Positions 1-7,431 of a stretch of 14,307 nucleotides of DNA are shown here, piece after piece. Location: contig JAWCFL010000043.1 in NCBI GenBank assembly GCA_038858525.1, positions 1 through 14,307 of the forward strand. Reading direction: 5' to 3'. Position numbers and translations under genes: made by a program. Each line of letters starts with the position of its first letter. The first letter of the stretch is position 1. The notes beneath the pieces were generated by a model. The model saw nothing but the letters and a program-made list of their open reading frames with translations, had not been told where the DNA came from and searched no databases. The stretch comes from Candidatus Jordarchaeales archaeon (GTDB lineage: Archaea > Asgardarchaeota > Jordiarchaeia > Jordiarchaeales > Freyrarchaeaceae).

Positions 1-228
1 CTGTGTTATAGCCGTATAAACATAATGGGATGGGTGGTTCGGATACTTCGTCCTCAACTCCTTATAAATTGCTTCATGAAGCCTCCTACGTGAGGTTACA
101 TTTAAACGTATAGCTCTATCCAGGCATGCTTTAACCATTTCGGAATAGCTCTTGAAGAGATCCTCGAGAACGATTGCTTGTTCATCGTTGGGCTGGAGCT
201 TAAACCTGCAGGTCTCATTCAGCAACAA
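1..228 (-). CDS. tnpB: IS607-associated TnpB (RNA-guided endonuclease family), N-terminal 76 codons; runs off the window
   Basis: Manual translation from TTG at 228: [76 protein letters not shown], open to position 1. Matches the typical TnpB N-terminal pattern (xFKLxP...L...Y..LR..YP..PSHY..TA) and overlaps the reconstructed tnpA stop (215-217). Missing from the ORF track because it is truncated by the window edge. Confidence 0.85.
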   Translation of the reverse strand, partial: MLLNETCRFKLQPNDEQAIVLEDLFKSYSEMVKACLDRAIRLNVTSRRRLHEAIYKELRTKYPNHPSHYVYTAITQ

Positions 229-827
229 GCTGTTTGACACCCTCAACAACCTTCTCGTACTTGTGGCTTCTCAATCCGTATAGCTTTCCAGCAAAGCTTG
301 AAACCAAAGCGATGAGATCCTCTATTGATAGGCGTCTTTAGGCTCCTCATTAACGACTTCGATTTTCACGTTGTGAGGGGCGAAGTAACGCTCTAGGTGT
401 TTGAAGCCGAACCTCTTAAGCCTATCCTTAAAAGCTATTATAATAACTCCTACCTCTCTTTTCTCGACCATATCAAAGATCTTGTTCAGGGACTTTCTGT
501 TCTCGTTGAGTCCGCTTGCCACATCCTCTAAGATCGCGACAACCTCATACCCCTTCGATCTGGCGTAACTCAGTAAACTTTGCTTCTGCCCCTCTAAATC
601 CTCCTTCTGTTTCTGGTCATGAGAGGAAACCCTAACGTAGATCACAGTCTTTTTTGGATACGTCCGGTACCCATCAAACGCTCAACTTCACTCTCAGGTA
701 TCCTCCTACCACCAACAGTCCTAACAACTCTAATTTTACCTTGTTTATCCCATTTTCTAAGCGTATTTGGATGAACGCCTAATCCCTCGCAGGCTTCACT
801 AAGCGTCAGTAACCTCTCAATCATCAT
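215..827 (-). pseudogene. tnpA: IS607-family TnpA serine recombinase (MerR-type HTH plus resolvase catalytic domain), frameshifted into three pieces
   Basis: 642-827 encodes a MerR-like HTH (LTLSEACEGLGVHPNTLRKWDKQGKI). 322-645 encodes the serine-recombinase core (IYVRVSS...DL..Q...EDVASGLNENRK...AFKDRL.RFGF). A third segment in another frame, 322-215, reads [35 protein letters not shown], the canonical IS607 TnpA C-terminus. Frame breaks near 650-672 and 323-325. Confidence 0.92.
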
Positions 828-833
828 ACAAAT

Positions 834-861
834 AAGTGTTAAGAAGTGTTATATAAAGTTA
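834..861. repeat. IS607 left-end direct repeats (putative TnpA-binding array) overlapping the tnpA TATA box
   Basis: AAGTGTTA at 834-841 and 844-851 (10-bp period), plus a variant AAAGTTA at 855-861. Minus-strand CTTTATATAA (about 849-858) is a TATA-like box about 25 nt upstream of the tnpA ATG. Confidence 0.55.
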
Positions 862-950
862 TCTATTCAGGAACTGCCGCTCAACCCAAAAAGTTAACTA
901 TAACGATTACTCTAGAAATTCAAGTTAGAGTTCGGATTTGGGGGGCTTGC

Positions 951-3059
951 ATGATTTTCGTGAATTTCAACTTTCACGTTAACATGTGGTATGCGGAGTA
1001 TACTGACGAGCAGGTTTTGAGGTGGTTTCCAAACCTCTACAGGGGGCTTCTAGAGTTCATGTGGGAGAACCCGGACGTGAAGGCCGGATGGGACATCGAG
1101 TCCTCAAGGACCATTCCCTTTCTCGAGAGAGTTGCGCCTGACGTGCTGGACGGGCTGAGGGAGGGCGTGAAGAAGGGGCAGTTCGAGATAATACTTGACA
1201 CTTGGTCCTTCAGCTTGGCATCGATGCACACATGGGAGGAGTTTGCGCTCCAGCACGATATGGCTGTGAAAGAGCTGAAAAGGGTTTTTGGGCGCGTTTC
1301 CTCAGGCTACTTCGCGCAGGAGGGGGCATACCACCCCTTCCTCCCGTCTATGCTTAAAAGGCTCGGAGTAGAGTTCCTCCTCCTCAGCTACCTTCAAGTG
1401 GGCGAGTTCGATAGAAGATTGGCCAGAGACCTCAGGGTTCACCTAGTTAAGGGTGAAGATGGAACAGAGCTACCATTCGTGATGCACGTCTCCTCACTTC
1501 TAGACCCGGTCGACGTCGTCAAGAAGGGCGCTGAGCTCGGAGGTGGACTCACCGTTCTAGATGACGCTGAGATAGCGAACCCGTCCCGCCTCACGCTGAT
1601 AGTTGAGTCTCTCCGTGGAATGGAGAACGTGAAGTTCGCTTTGGCAAGCGAGATAGTTGAAAAGTCACCTCGGGGGATCCCGGTGAGTATCCTTGACTCG
1701 ACGTGGGCTTTGGGCGTGTACGACCACGGAATGTGGCTTCGCGACCCGTGGGACCAGCACCTTTGGACGCTCAACGAGGTGGCGCGCAGAGAGATAGCTA
1801 AGGCTGAGTGGTGGCTTAGGCGGGCGAGGAAGGCTGGCTTAAACGTTGATGTGGAGGAGCGGGAGATACACGAAGCAAAACGCTGGCTGCTTTTAGGGCA
1901 AAACTCGGACAAGTTCGGCTGGAACCCGAGGGCGGAGAAGCGTATTCAGGGAGAATACGAGTTGAGGCTTGCCTCAGAGCTCGCCCAAGTGGCGTCCACC
2001 GTTCTCAGCGAGAAAACATTGAAGTTTGATCGTCCGACGGAAGGCGTGAGGCAAATCATCCTTTACAACTTCCACGCATTCCCAGTGCCCCCATCCCCCC
2101 TAAGGATAGACGTCGAGTTCGACAGCGGAATCCTAAAGCCGGATGAGGTCTCAGCAACACTAGACGGGAAGCAAGTTGGATGCGACCTTCTGACGGCGAG
2201 ACTGTTCCCGGATGGCGCAATAAAATCAGGAACGATAACCGTCATAGGCAGCTTGGGAGCAGAGGAGACCTCCACCCTAACTCTCAAGAGAAGCTCTACC
2301 CCTAGTGGGAGAACAGACCTCCACGTCTCAGACAGCGAGCTGTCAAATAGTCTGATCAGGGTTAGGCTTGAAGGCGGGCTTCCGGCGTCCATAACCGACC
2401 TGAAAACCGGTGCGACCTATGGGGGCGAGCCCCCCCTCATAACTCAGAGGCTTAAGCTTGAGGGGGACAAGCAGGAAGAGGAGGTGAAGGTCGAAGTGAC
2501 GAATAGAGGGGAGCGTGGAGTCTACGTGGAGGTCACGTCCACGGTAAAGCAGTCGGCGCACTCCCTCATAGTTAACAAGTACAGGGTTTACAGTGGCCTC
2601 CCCCTGCTGGAAGCTGAGACCCGGATAAGCATCTTCGGCAAGTTCCCCGGATCAGCCGAGCCGCTAGTCCTCAACCTCCCTAGGCCGAGAACCATATGGC
2701 GAGAGCTCGGAGGAAACCTCAGCAAGGTTAGGATGGAGAAAGGGAGGCAGAGGCTCCTGTTGGTCAACGACTGGGCTGCGGTGTACAGCGGAGAAGTAGG
2801 GCTGCTCGTTGCAGCAGACTGTTGCACTAGGGCCATGAAGGACGTGAAAGACGCCAAGAACGAGGTATCCTTCTTCACGACGGAAACAACGTTCAAGGAC
2901 AACCAATTCGAGCATCTCTCCGGCGAGTGGACGACTAGAGCAGCCATAATTCCCCTAAGAGGAGAACCTACAAGTGAAGACCTGAAAAGAGCAAAGGTCT
3001 ACAACTACGGCGTCGGAACGATACCACTAATACACTTTGATAAGCCGAGACTAAGCTGA
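951..3059 (+). CDS. Glycoside hydrolase family 57-like protein (GH57/GH38-type (beta/alpha)7 barrel plus C-terminal beta-sandwich domains), 702 aa
   Basis: Start moved from 846 to ATG 951 (GGGGG SD-like run at 940-946; 846 lies in the IS end). Motifs resembling GH57 conserved regions: NFHVNMW, FAQEG (nucleophile Glu), LDDAE (acid/base Asp), DSTW and GQNSDKFGW. The C-terminal half is beta-rich (LSNSLIRVRLEGG.PASITDLKTG), like GH38C supersandwich domains. Confidence 0.7.
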   Translation: MIFVNFNFHVNMWYAEYTDEQVLRWFPNLYRGLLEFMWENPDVKAGWDIESSRTIPFLERVAPDVLDGLREGVKKGQFEIILDTWSFSLASMHTWEEFALQHDMAVKELKRVFGRVSSGYFAQEGAYHPFLPSMLKRLGVEFLLLSYLQVGEFDRRLARDLRVHLVKGEDGTELPFVMHVSSLLDPVDVVKKGAELGGGLTVLDDAEIANPSRLTLIVESLRGMENVKFALASEIVEKSPRGIPVSILDSTWALGVYDHGMWLRDPWDQHLWTLNEVARREIAKAEWWLRRARKAGLNVDVEEREIHEAKRWLLLGQNSDKFGWNPRAEKRIQGEYELRLASELAQVASTVLSEKTLKFDRPTEGVRQIILYNFHAFPVPPSPLRIDVEFDSGILKPDEVSATLDGKQVGCDLLTARLFPDGAIKSGTITVIGSLGAEETSTLTLKRSSTPSGRTDLHVSDSELSNSLIRVRLEGGLPASITDLKTGATYGGEPPLITQRLKLEGDKQEEEVKVEVTNRGERGVYVEVTSTVKQSAHSLIVNKYRVYSGLPLLEAETRISIFGKFPGSAEPLVLNLPRPRTIWRELGGNLSKVRMEKGRQRLLLVNDWAAVYSGEVGLLVAADCCTRAMKDVKDAKNEVSFFTTETTFKDNQFEHLSGEWTTRAAIIPLRGEPTSEDLKRAKVYNYGVGTIPLIHFDKPRLS

Positions 3060-3095
3060 GCCGACGCCGAGGCTCCAGAAGAACCATGGAGAGCC

Positions 3096-4514
3096 TCATT
3101 CTTCCTTTCTTTGCGTGAGCCATCTTGGTTTTCCCGTGATCGTTAAGGTGAAGTGTTCTTGGAATTCCCTGTTCCTCGAGTAGTAGCTGAGTATTTCTTC
3201 GTCAACGTAGAGCGAGAACCCCTCGGAGACCTTCTCAGCCACGTAGCTGCCTAACCCGATGCCTGAGGGATTTTTGAGTGCGTCCCTGAGTAGCGTGTCA
3301 GCCTCAGTGTATTTCCTTTTAACCTCCACAACCCACCTGTCACCCTCCACTCTTGGGCCTGAAAGCGTTGAGGGAGCATTCAGGTGCTTCTCTATGAAGC
3401 GCCGCTGGTGGGGGGACGCTGGCGGAGGGCCAAGGTGTCTCTTGGCTGCAGGGATTCTTCTAGACTCCAACTCGAAGATAAAGACTGTCTTCTCGCCACT
3501 GGACCATACGTCCCTCGAAATTACCCTAAATCCGCCTCCCTCCAAGGTTTTCTGGATGGATTGAAGGGAACGGGTGAGCTGCCCCCACAAGTTGTCAGGC
3601 GGGAGCTTCGGCGTGCCGAACTCTATAAAAATCATTGATGTCCCCCTCTCCCTCATCTTGGCAGCTAGCTCATCAACTGTTAACGGGCTCAGCTTAGGGG
3701 GGAAGAAGAACGACTCACTCGGCTCCTCCAGAAAAAACATGGCGGCAGCCCTAAACTCGCTCAGCCTCTGAAGCGTGACGGCGGCCGCCACGTTCCTTCT
3801 AGGGTCAACCGGGTCCACGACTATGAGCGGGGAGTTAAACATTCTGCGCGCCTTCTCAGGATCGTCATAGTGGCGCTCTATGTCTATGACCTCCTGGCTT
3901 CCCCAGCTTACTGCTGCCGTGAGGACGGACTCGAAGGACCCGTACTTTATGGTTAGTAGTTCGCAGAGGTATCCGGAAAATCCTCCGGTCTTCAGTTCAG
4001 CCCCGTAAACTCCCACACCCTTCATGAACGCTTTAAGAAGCCTCGTTTCTCCTCTGAGCCGCTCATCCATGCGGCTTAACACGTAGCGCGTGTGAAGAGG
4101 AGTTCTGTCAACGGAGGAGCGCAGCTGCGCGGCTTCCTCTATCTCAAAGCATGGAACAAAGTCGAACATGTAACCGTCAACCTCAGCCCTCAAGTACGGG
4201 TGCTCCGCATACTGCTCCTCTCCTCTCCCCCCTGTGACCCTTCTAGCGATTTCCAACCCGAGCTTCCCTATCTCCTCGAAGCTGTAAGTTTGGGGAAACA
4301 CCATGAAAACGTCTACGTCTTGGTCCCCACTTATCCACGTGTCCTTCGCCATTGACCCAACCAGCATAGGCTTAACCTTGACTCCCAGCTTCCCAGCTTC
4401 CTCTGAGACCCTAGCGATCACCTCCCCAGCTAGCCTGAGCACCCTGTCCCTTTCCTCACGCGTGGGGGTCACCTTAGCTAGAACTTGCCTGCACACATCA
4501 TCCAGCCTGCTCAA
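3096..4514 (-). CDS. cca: Archaeal (class I) CCA-adding enzyme, tRNA nucleotidyltransferase
   Basis: GSMAKDTWISGDQDVDVF nucleotidyltransferase motif, YAEHPY, VDRTPLHT, GVYGAE...GFSGYLCELL and DPVDPRRNVAAA motifs; 472 aa; TTG start with GGGGGAG SD. Confidence 0.97.
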   Translation of the reverse strand: MSRLDDVCRQVLAKVTPTREERDRVLRLAGEVIARVSEEAGKLGVKVKPMLVGSMAKDTWISGDQDVDVFMVFPQTYSFEEIGKLGLEIARRVTGGRGEEQYAEHPYLRAEVDGYMFDFVPCFEIEEAAQLRSSVDRTPLHTRYVLSRMDERLRGETRLLKAFMKGVGVYGAELKTGGFSGYLCELLTIKYGSFESVLTAAVSWGSQEVIDIERHYDDPEKARRMFNSPLIVVDPVDPRRNVAAAVTLQRLSEFRAAAMFFLEEPSESFFFPPKLSPLTVDELAAKMRERGTSMIFIEFGTPKLPPDNLWGQLTRSLQSIQKTLEGGGFRVISRDVWSSGEKTVFIFELESRRIPAAKRHLGPPPASPHQRRFIEKHLNAPSTLSGPRVEGDRWVVEVKRKYTEADTLLRDALKNPSGIGLGSYVAEKVSEGFSLYVDEEILSYYSRNREFQEHFTLTITGKPRWLTQRKEE

Positions 4515-4531
4515 TGCTCCCCCGCAGCCTC

Positions 4532-5086
4532 CTACGGTACGCTTCTTAGCGTCGTGTATATGGGTCCCTTCGCCGTCAGCTGGCTTTTCTTCAGCTTAAT
4601 CGAGTCGACGGTCATCCTTCCTATTTCCAAGTCCTTCATTTTTTCGAGCGCCGAAATAAGCCCATCACGGCTTTGAACGTACTTCACCCTGGCTATTGTG
4701 GCGTGTGGGGTAAATGGCCTCTGCTCCGGCTCAAAACCGAGCCGCCTGAGCTTCTTCTCTAACTCATTTGCCAGCGAGGTCAGCACCTCGCCTCCCTCAC
4801 GCGTCCCAACCCATATTACGTTTACCCTCCTCATGTTTGGGAAGCAACCGACGCCACGCAGCTCCAGCTCGAATGGCTTAAAGTCCAGCTCCTTCATGAC
4901 GCTGTGAACTTCATCCACAGCCTCCTCGCTTATCTCACCCAGAAATTTAAGTGTGAAGTGGAAGTTTTCAAGCTCGACGAACTTCGCCTTCACGTAGCGG
5001 GAGAGTTCCTCCTGCACTCGCCTGACCACTTCGAGAATACGCTGGTCTTGGATATCTACAGCCACGAACGCCCTAATGCTCTCCAA
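4532..5086 (-). CDS. thpR: RNA 2',3'-cyclic phosphodiesterase (2H phosphoesterase, LigT / 2'-5' RNA ligase family)
   Basis: N-terminal RAFVAVD, two HxT motifs (HFTLKFLGEI, PHATIAR), G.G.FP...R..VIWVG and a C-terminal GPIY; 184 aa; directly upstream of cca. Confidence 0.95.
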   Translation of the reverse strand: MESIRAFVAVDIQDQRILEVVRRVQEELSRYVKAKFVELENFHFTLKFLGEISEEAVDEVHSVMKELDFKPFELELRGVGCFPNMRRVNVIWVGTREGGEVLTSLANELEKKLRRLGFEPEQRPFTPHATIARVKYVQSRDGLISALEKMKDLEIGRMTVDSIKLKKSQLTAKGPIYTTLRSVP

Positions 5087-5101
5087 GCCCGCACACCATC
5101 C

Positions 5102-5590
5102 CTATTGGTCTAGTAACTCCAAGAGCACTCCTCTTAAAATCTTTGTGAGTGCCTCAACTGACTCCATAACTTCAGGCGACAATTCCCTTCCACTCGTGAT
5201 TTTCGGCTGAACCCCCACGAAAATGACCGAGGCGCCTATAGACGTCTCCACAAACTTCGCGAACAGCGAAAGCGGCGTGTGATGCGTAGAAAAGGTAACC
5301 CCCCCTAAGCTTGACGCCTCAGCTGTGATGACAACGTCCCCTGGCTTCCCACCGAAGTGGGCGGCGTCCACTATTATCACGTGGCTCGGATCGAAACTCC
5401 TAATTACTCCGGTAAAATTCTCAGGCGTGGCTTCAGCTTCAACCACCAGTACCCCCCTCAGCTTCATCTCCCTAAGTCTCCTCGCCACCTCTACGCCTAA
5501 AGCGTCATCCCCTCTGATGCTGCTCCCAACACCGACAACAGCGACCCTAACAGCTCCCCTAAGCATCTCTCTAAGCTTGTCCGCGATCAA
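5102..5590 (-). CDS. hycI: Hydrogenase maturation protease (HycI-like), 162 aa
   Basis: GVGSSIRGDDALG, TPEN, IIVDAA..G.KPG and STH motifs. Start moved from 5854 to TTG 5590 (GAGGTG/GGTG at 5606-5598; the extension is antisense to endA). Confidence 0.88.
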   Translation of the reverse strand: MIADKLREMLRGAVRVAVVGVGSSIRGDDALGVEVARRLREMKLRGVLVVEAEATPENFTGVIRSFDPSHVIIVDAAHFGGKPGDVVITAEASSLGGVTFSTHHTPLSLFAKFVETSIGASVIFVGVQPKITSGRELSPEVMESVEALTKILRGVLLELLDQ

Positions 5591-5618
5591 GCTGGGACAC
5601 CACCTCAAGTAAAAATAA

Positions 5619-5638
5619 GGAAACTTTAAAACGCTTCC
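5619..5638. promoter_or_regulatory. Putative shared bidirectional TATA box for hycI-thpR-cca and endA
   Basis: GGAAAC-TTTAAA-ACGCTTCC. The TTTAAA palindrome (5625-5630) lies 37.5 and 38.5 nt from the two divergent start codons (5590, 5666), with purine-rich BRE-like sequence upstream on each strand. Confidence 0.55.
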
Positions 5639-5665
5639 CGACTTAGCTGAAGACTGGTGGCGTGA

Positions 5666-6262
5666 ATGGAGGAAGAAAGAGAGGAACAAGAGGAGTTCTT
5701 CAAGGAAGAAGAAGGCTTCAAGGAAGAAGAAGGTGAAGTAGAAGTTTTCTCTGGGCTCCTCGGAGACAACGAGGTGACCGTCGAACGAGAAGCGGGTGAA
5801 AGGCTCCACGGGAAGGGAAACTACGGCGAACTCGAAGATGACGGCCTCCTCCACTTAACACCCGTGGAATCCCTTCTGCTGGTCGAGCGTGGCAGGCTCC
5901 TAGTCAAAGACAGGGAGGGTAAAGAGTACAATTTCCGTGACCTCGTCAACTACTTTGACAGGAGAGACCCGAAGCTCTGGGTCAAATATCTAGTTTACAG
6001 AGACCTGAGAAGCAGGGGGTACGTTGTTAAGCAAGGATTTGGGGGAGGAATAGACTTCAGGCTATACCCTAGAGGTAGCAACGTTGGAGAGGAAGCAGCG
6101 AAAAACCTCATATACATAGTAACTGAAGGGACGCCAATAGACCTAAAAGAGCTCGACCGCGTAACAAAGCTCGCAGTGAGCACCAGAAAGCAACTCACAA
6201 TGGCCCTAGTCAACAGGCAGGGCGACGTCGTATACTACAACGTAGTACAGCTAACCTTCTAA
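5666..6262 (+). CDS. endA: tRNA-splicing endonuclease subunit, probably the structural (non-catalytic beta) subunit
   Basis: L.L.PVE.L.L, YLVYRDLRSRGYVVK.G...DF.LY and G.VVYY motifs of the EndA fold. The catalytic Tyr (K[YF]G) and His positions appear replaced (GFGGGIDF; AAKNLIY). Confidence 0.88.
   Translation: MEEEREEQEEFFKEEEGFKEEEGEVEVFSGLLGDNEVTVEREAGERLHGKGNYGELEDDGLLHLTPVESLLLVERGRLLVKDREGKEYNFRDLVNYFDRRDPKLWVKYLVYRDLRSRGYVVKQGFGGGIDFRLYPRGSNVGEEAAKNLIYIVTEGTPIDLKELDRVTKLAVSTRKQLTMALVNRQGDVVYYNVVQLTF
5698..5733 (+). repeat. Perfect 18-bp tandem duplication encoding FKEEEG twice in the acidic N-terminal tail of EndA
   Basis: CTTCAAGGAAGAAGAAGG at 5698-5715 and 5716-5733. Confidence 0.9.
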
Positions 6263-6871
6263 ACCACCATGCTCAGAGTCCTCCACCAAAAAGCCCACCC
6301 CCATTGTAACCTCTAAAGTTTAAATTGTCTTTGAAGCGGCTTCACAGAACGATTAATCCACTTAAACTTCCCCCCAACGATTAAATGCCTCTAAAGCCAG
6401 TAGCCACGTCCCCCCCATCAGAACAGCCACCTCACGTCCTCCTCTGAGGACAAGCAAAGCACCTTACTGCTCCGACTTCAACCTACTAACTACAGGAGGT
6501 TCAAGCACCTCCTCCACTAGTTTCAATCAACCCGCTGAATGAGTTCGGAGTTCACCGCAAAACCTTAAGGTTACGTTGCCATTACCGGTACAACGACATT
6601 TATGTAGGCGCTTAAAGCGCCCAACATTCCAGTTATTCTCCCTAAGTGGTCATCCACGCAAAGAACCTCCATCAGCATCCGCTACACTCTTCCGCGCATT
6701 TTCCCACCACAATCGACCCATGATGGCCTTTAACGCTCAAGCCTCCTTTCACACTCCTCGAATCAACCTCGTATCCGCCCTCGTTCACTAATGCCTTGAT
6801 TAAGCGATTTTTTGCGTCATACGCCAGGTCACTTTCACTTTCTTCCAGCTCACCGAGCCTACCTCATTATG

Positions 6872-7009
6872 CTAAAAACACCTCAATCTAAGAGCCATGT
6901 TCACTTTCATGCTCCAAAATGAACACTCAACGGTGGCCTTCAGCTGATACAGCCGCACGAACCCCTTCCGATTATAAGCCCGTCGTAGCCTTGAAAGTTC
7001 AAAGAAGTT
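6872..7009 (-). pseudogene. Probable remnant of an IS4/IS5-superfamily DDE transposase (C-terminal YREK region)
   Basis: Stop-bounded frame NFFELSRLRRAYNRKGFVRLYQLKATVECSFWSMKVNMALRLRCF* contains Y-x2-K-x3-E-x6-K, the Y-(2)-R-(3)-E-(6)-K signature with R to K. An upstream fragment near 7100-7175 reads RDLETGILASGKRYSYGF, weakly like the YG(Y/F)K region of IS5-like enzymes. Confidence 0.4.
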
Positions 7010-7431
7010 TTAAAGTGGATTTAAGATCCCAGAGAAGCCGACTGGTCCCCTATAATCTTCATGCTATACATAGCAGTCCAATTTCCCATTAAAGTTCAGC
7101 CCACCTAGAACTGAGCCGTCAAATCCATAGGAGTATCTTTTTCCAGACGCTAGTATCCCTGTCTCTAGGTCTCTTAAAGGTCATCGAGTGTGCCCAATTC
7201 CCGGGTACGTCATCTAACGGCAACCGGCAACTGGCATTTAAGCATCCACTCGCCGCGCTCTGCAATCAACCATCCACAGCTAACCTAGAGGGAAGAGGAG
7301 CCGAAACACCGATTCACTACGGTTAAGTTCATAAAAACCATATGAGGGAAAATGGGGAAGATACTTTTTAATAGGATGTGTGTGATGTAAAGTGCGAGGG
7401 AAGTTAAAAGGGTGAAGAGGGGAGAAGGGAG

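Larger units (their letters stand above)
1..890 (-). mobile_element. IS607-family insertion sequence, left part (tnpA-tnpB); left end approximate
   Basis: tnpA (serine recombinase)-tnpB gene order, short direct repeats upstream of tnpA and no terminal inverted repeats. The exact boundary (GG core) cannot be fixed: candidates are CC at 877-878 or CCC at 885-887 on the plus strand. Confidence 0.8.

Noticed and set aside
642-660. AAAAAAG at the tnpA frame break as a programmed -1 frameshift site
   Set aside because: The A-AAA-AAG heptamer is in the downstream frame, not the incoming frame, and two other indels also break the gene. Mutational decay is simpler.
846-950. N-terminal 35 codons of the 737-aa ORF
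   Set aside because: The GTG lies in the IS607 left-end/tnpA promoter, and the sequence is not protein-like. ATG 951 has an SD and begins the conserved first strand.
3071-3095. GGCTCCA...TGG(AG)AGCC hairpin between the convergent GH57-like and cca genes
   Set aside because: Only 7 bp with a bulge and no U-tract, so too weak to call a terminator.
5591-5854. N-terminal 88 codons of the 250-aa minus ORF (Phe/Leu-rich, looks like a TM segment)
   Set aside because: It is the antisense of the GAA-rich endA 5' end. The protease domain starts at TTG 5590.
6484-6496. TACTAAC-TACAG/G, resembling a spliceosomal branch point plus 3' splice site
   Set aside because: Archaea have no spliceosome, there is no upstream 5' splice site or interrupted gene, and such a short match is expected by chance.
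6365-6520. Minus-strand fragment ALLVLRGGREVAVLM resembling a Phd/YefM antitoxin
   Set aside because: Very short similarity, interrupted by stops, with no start and no toxin partner. It cannot be supported by eye.
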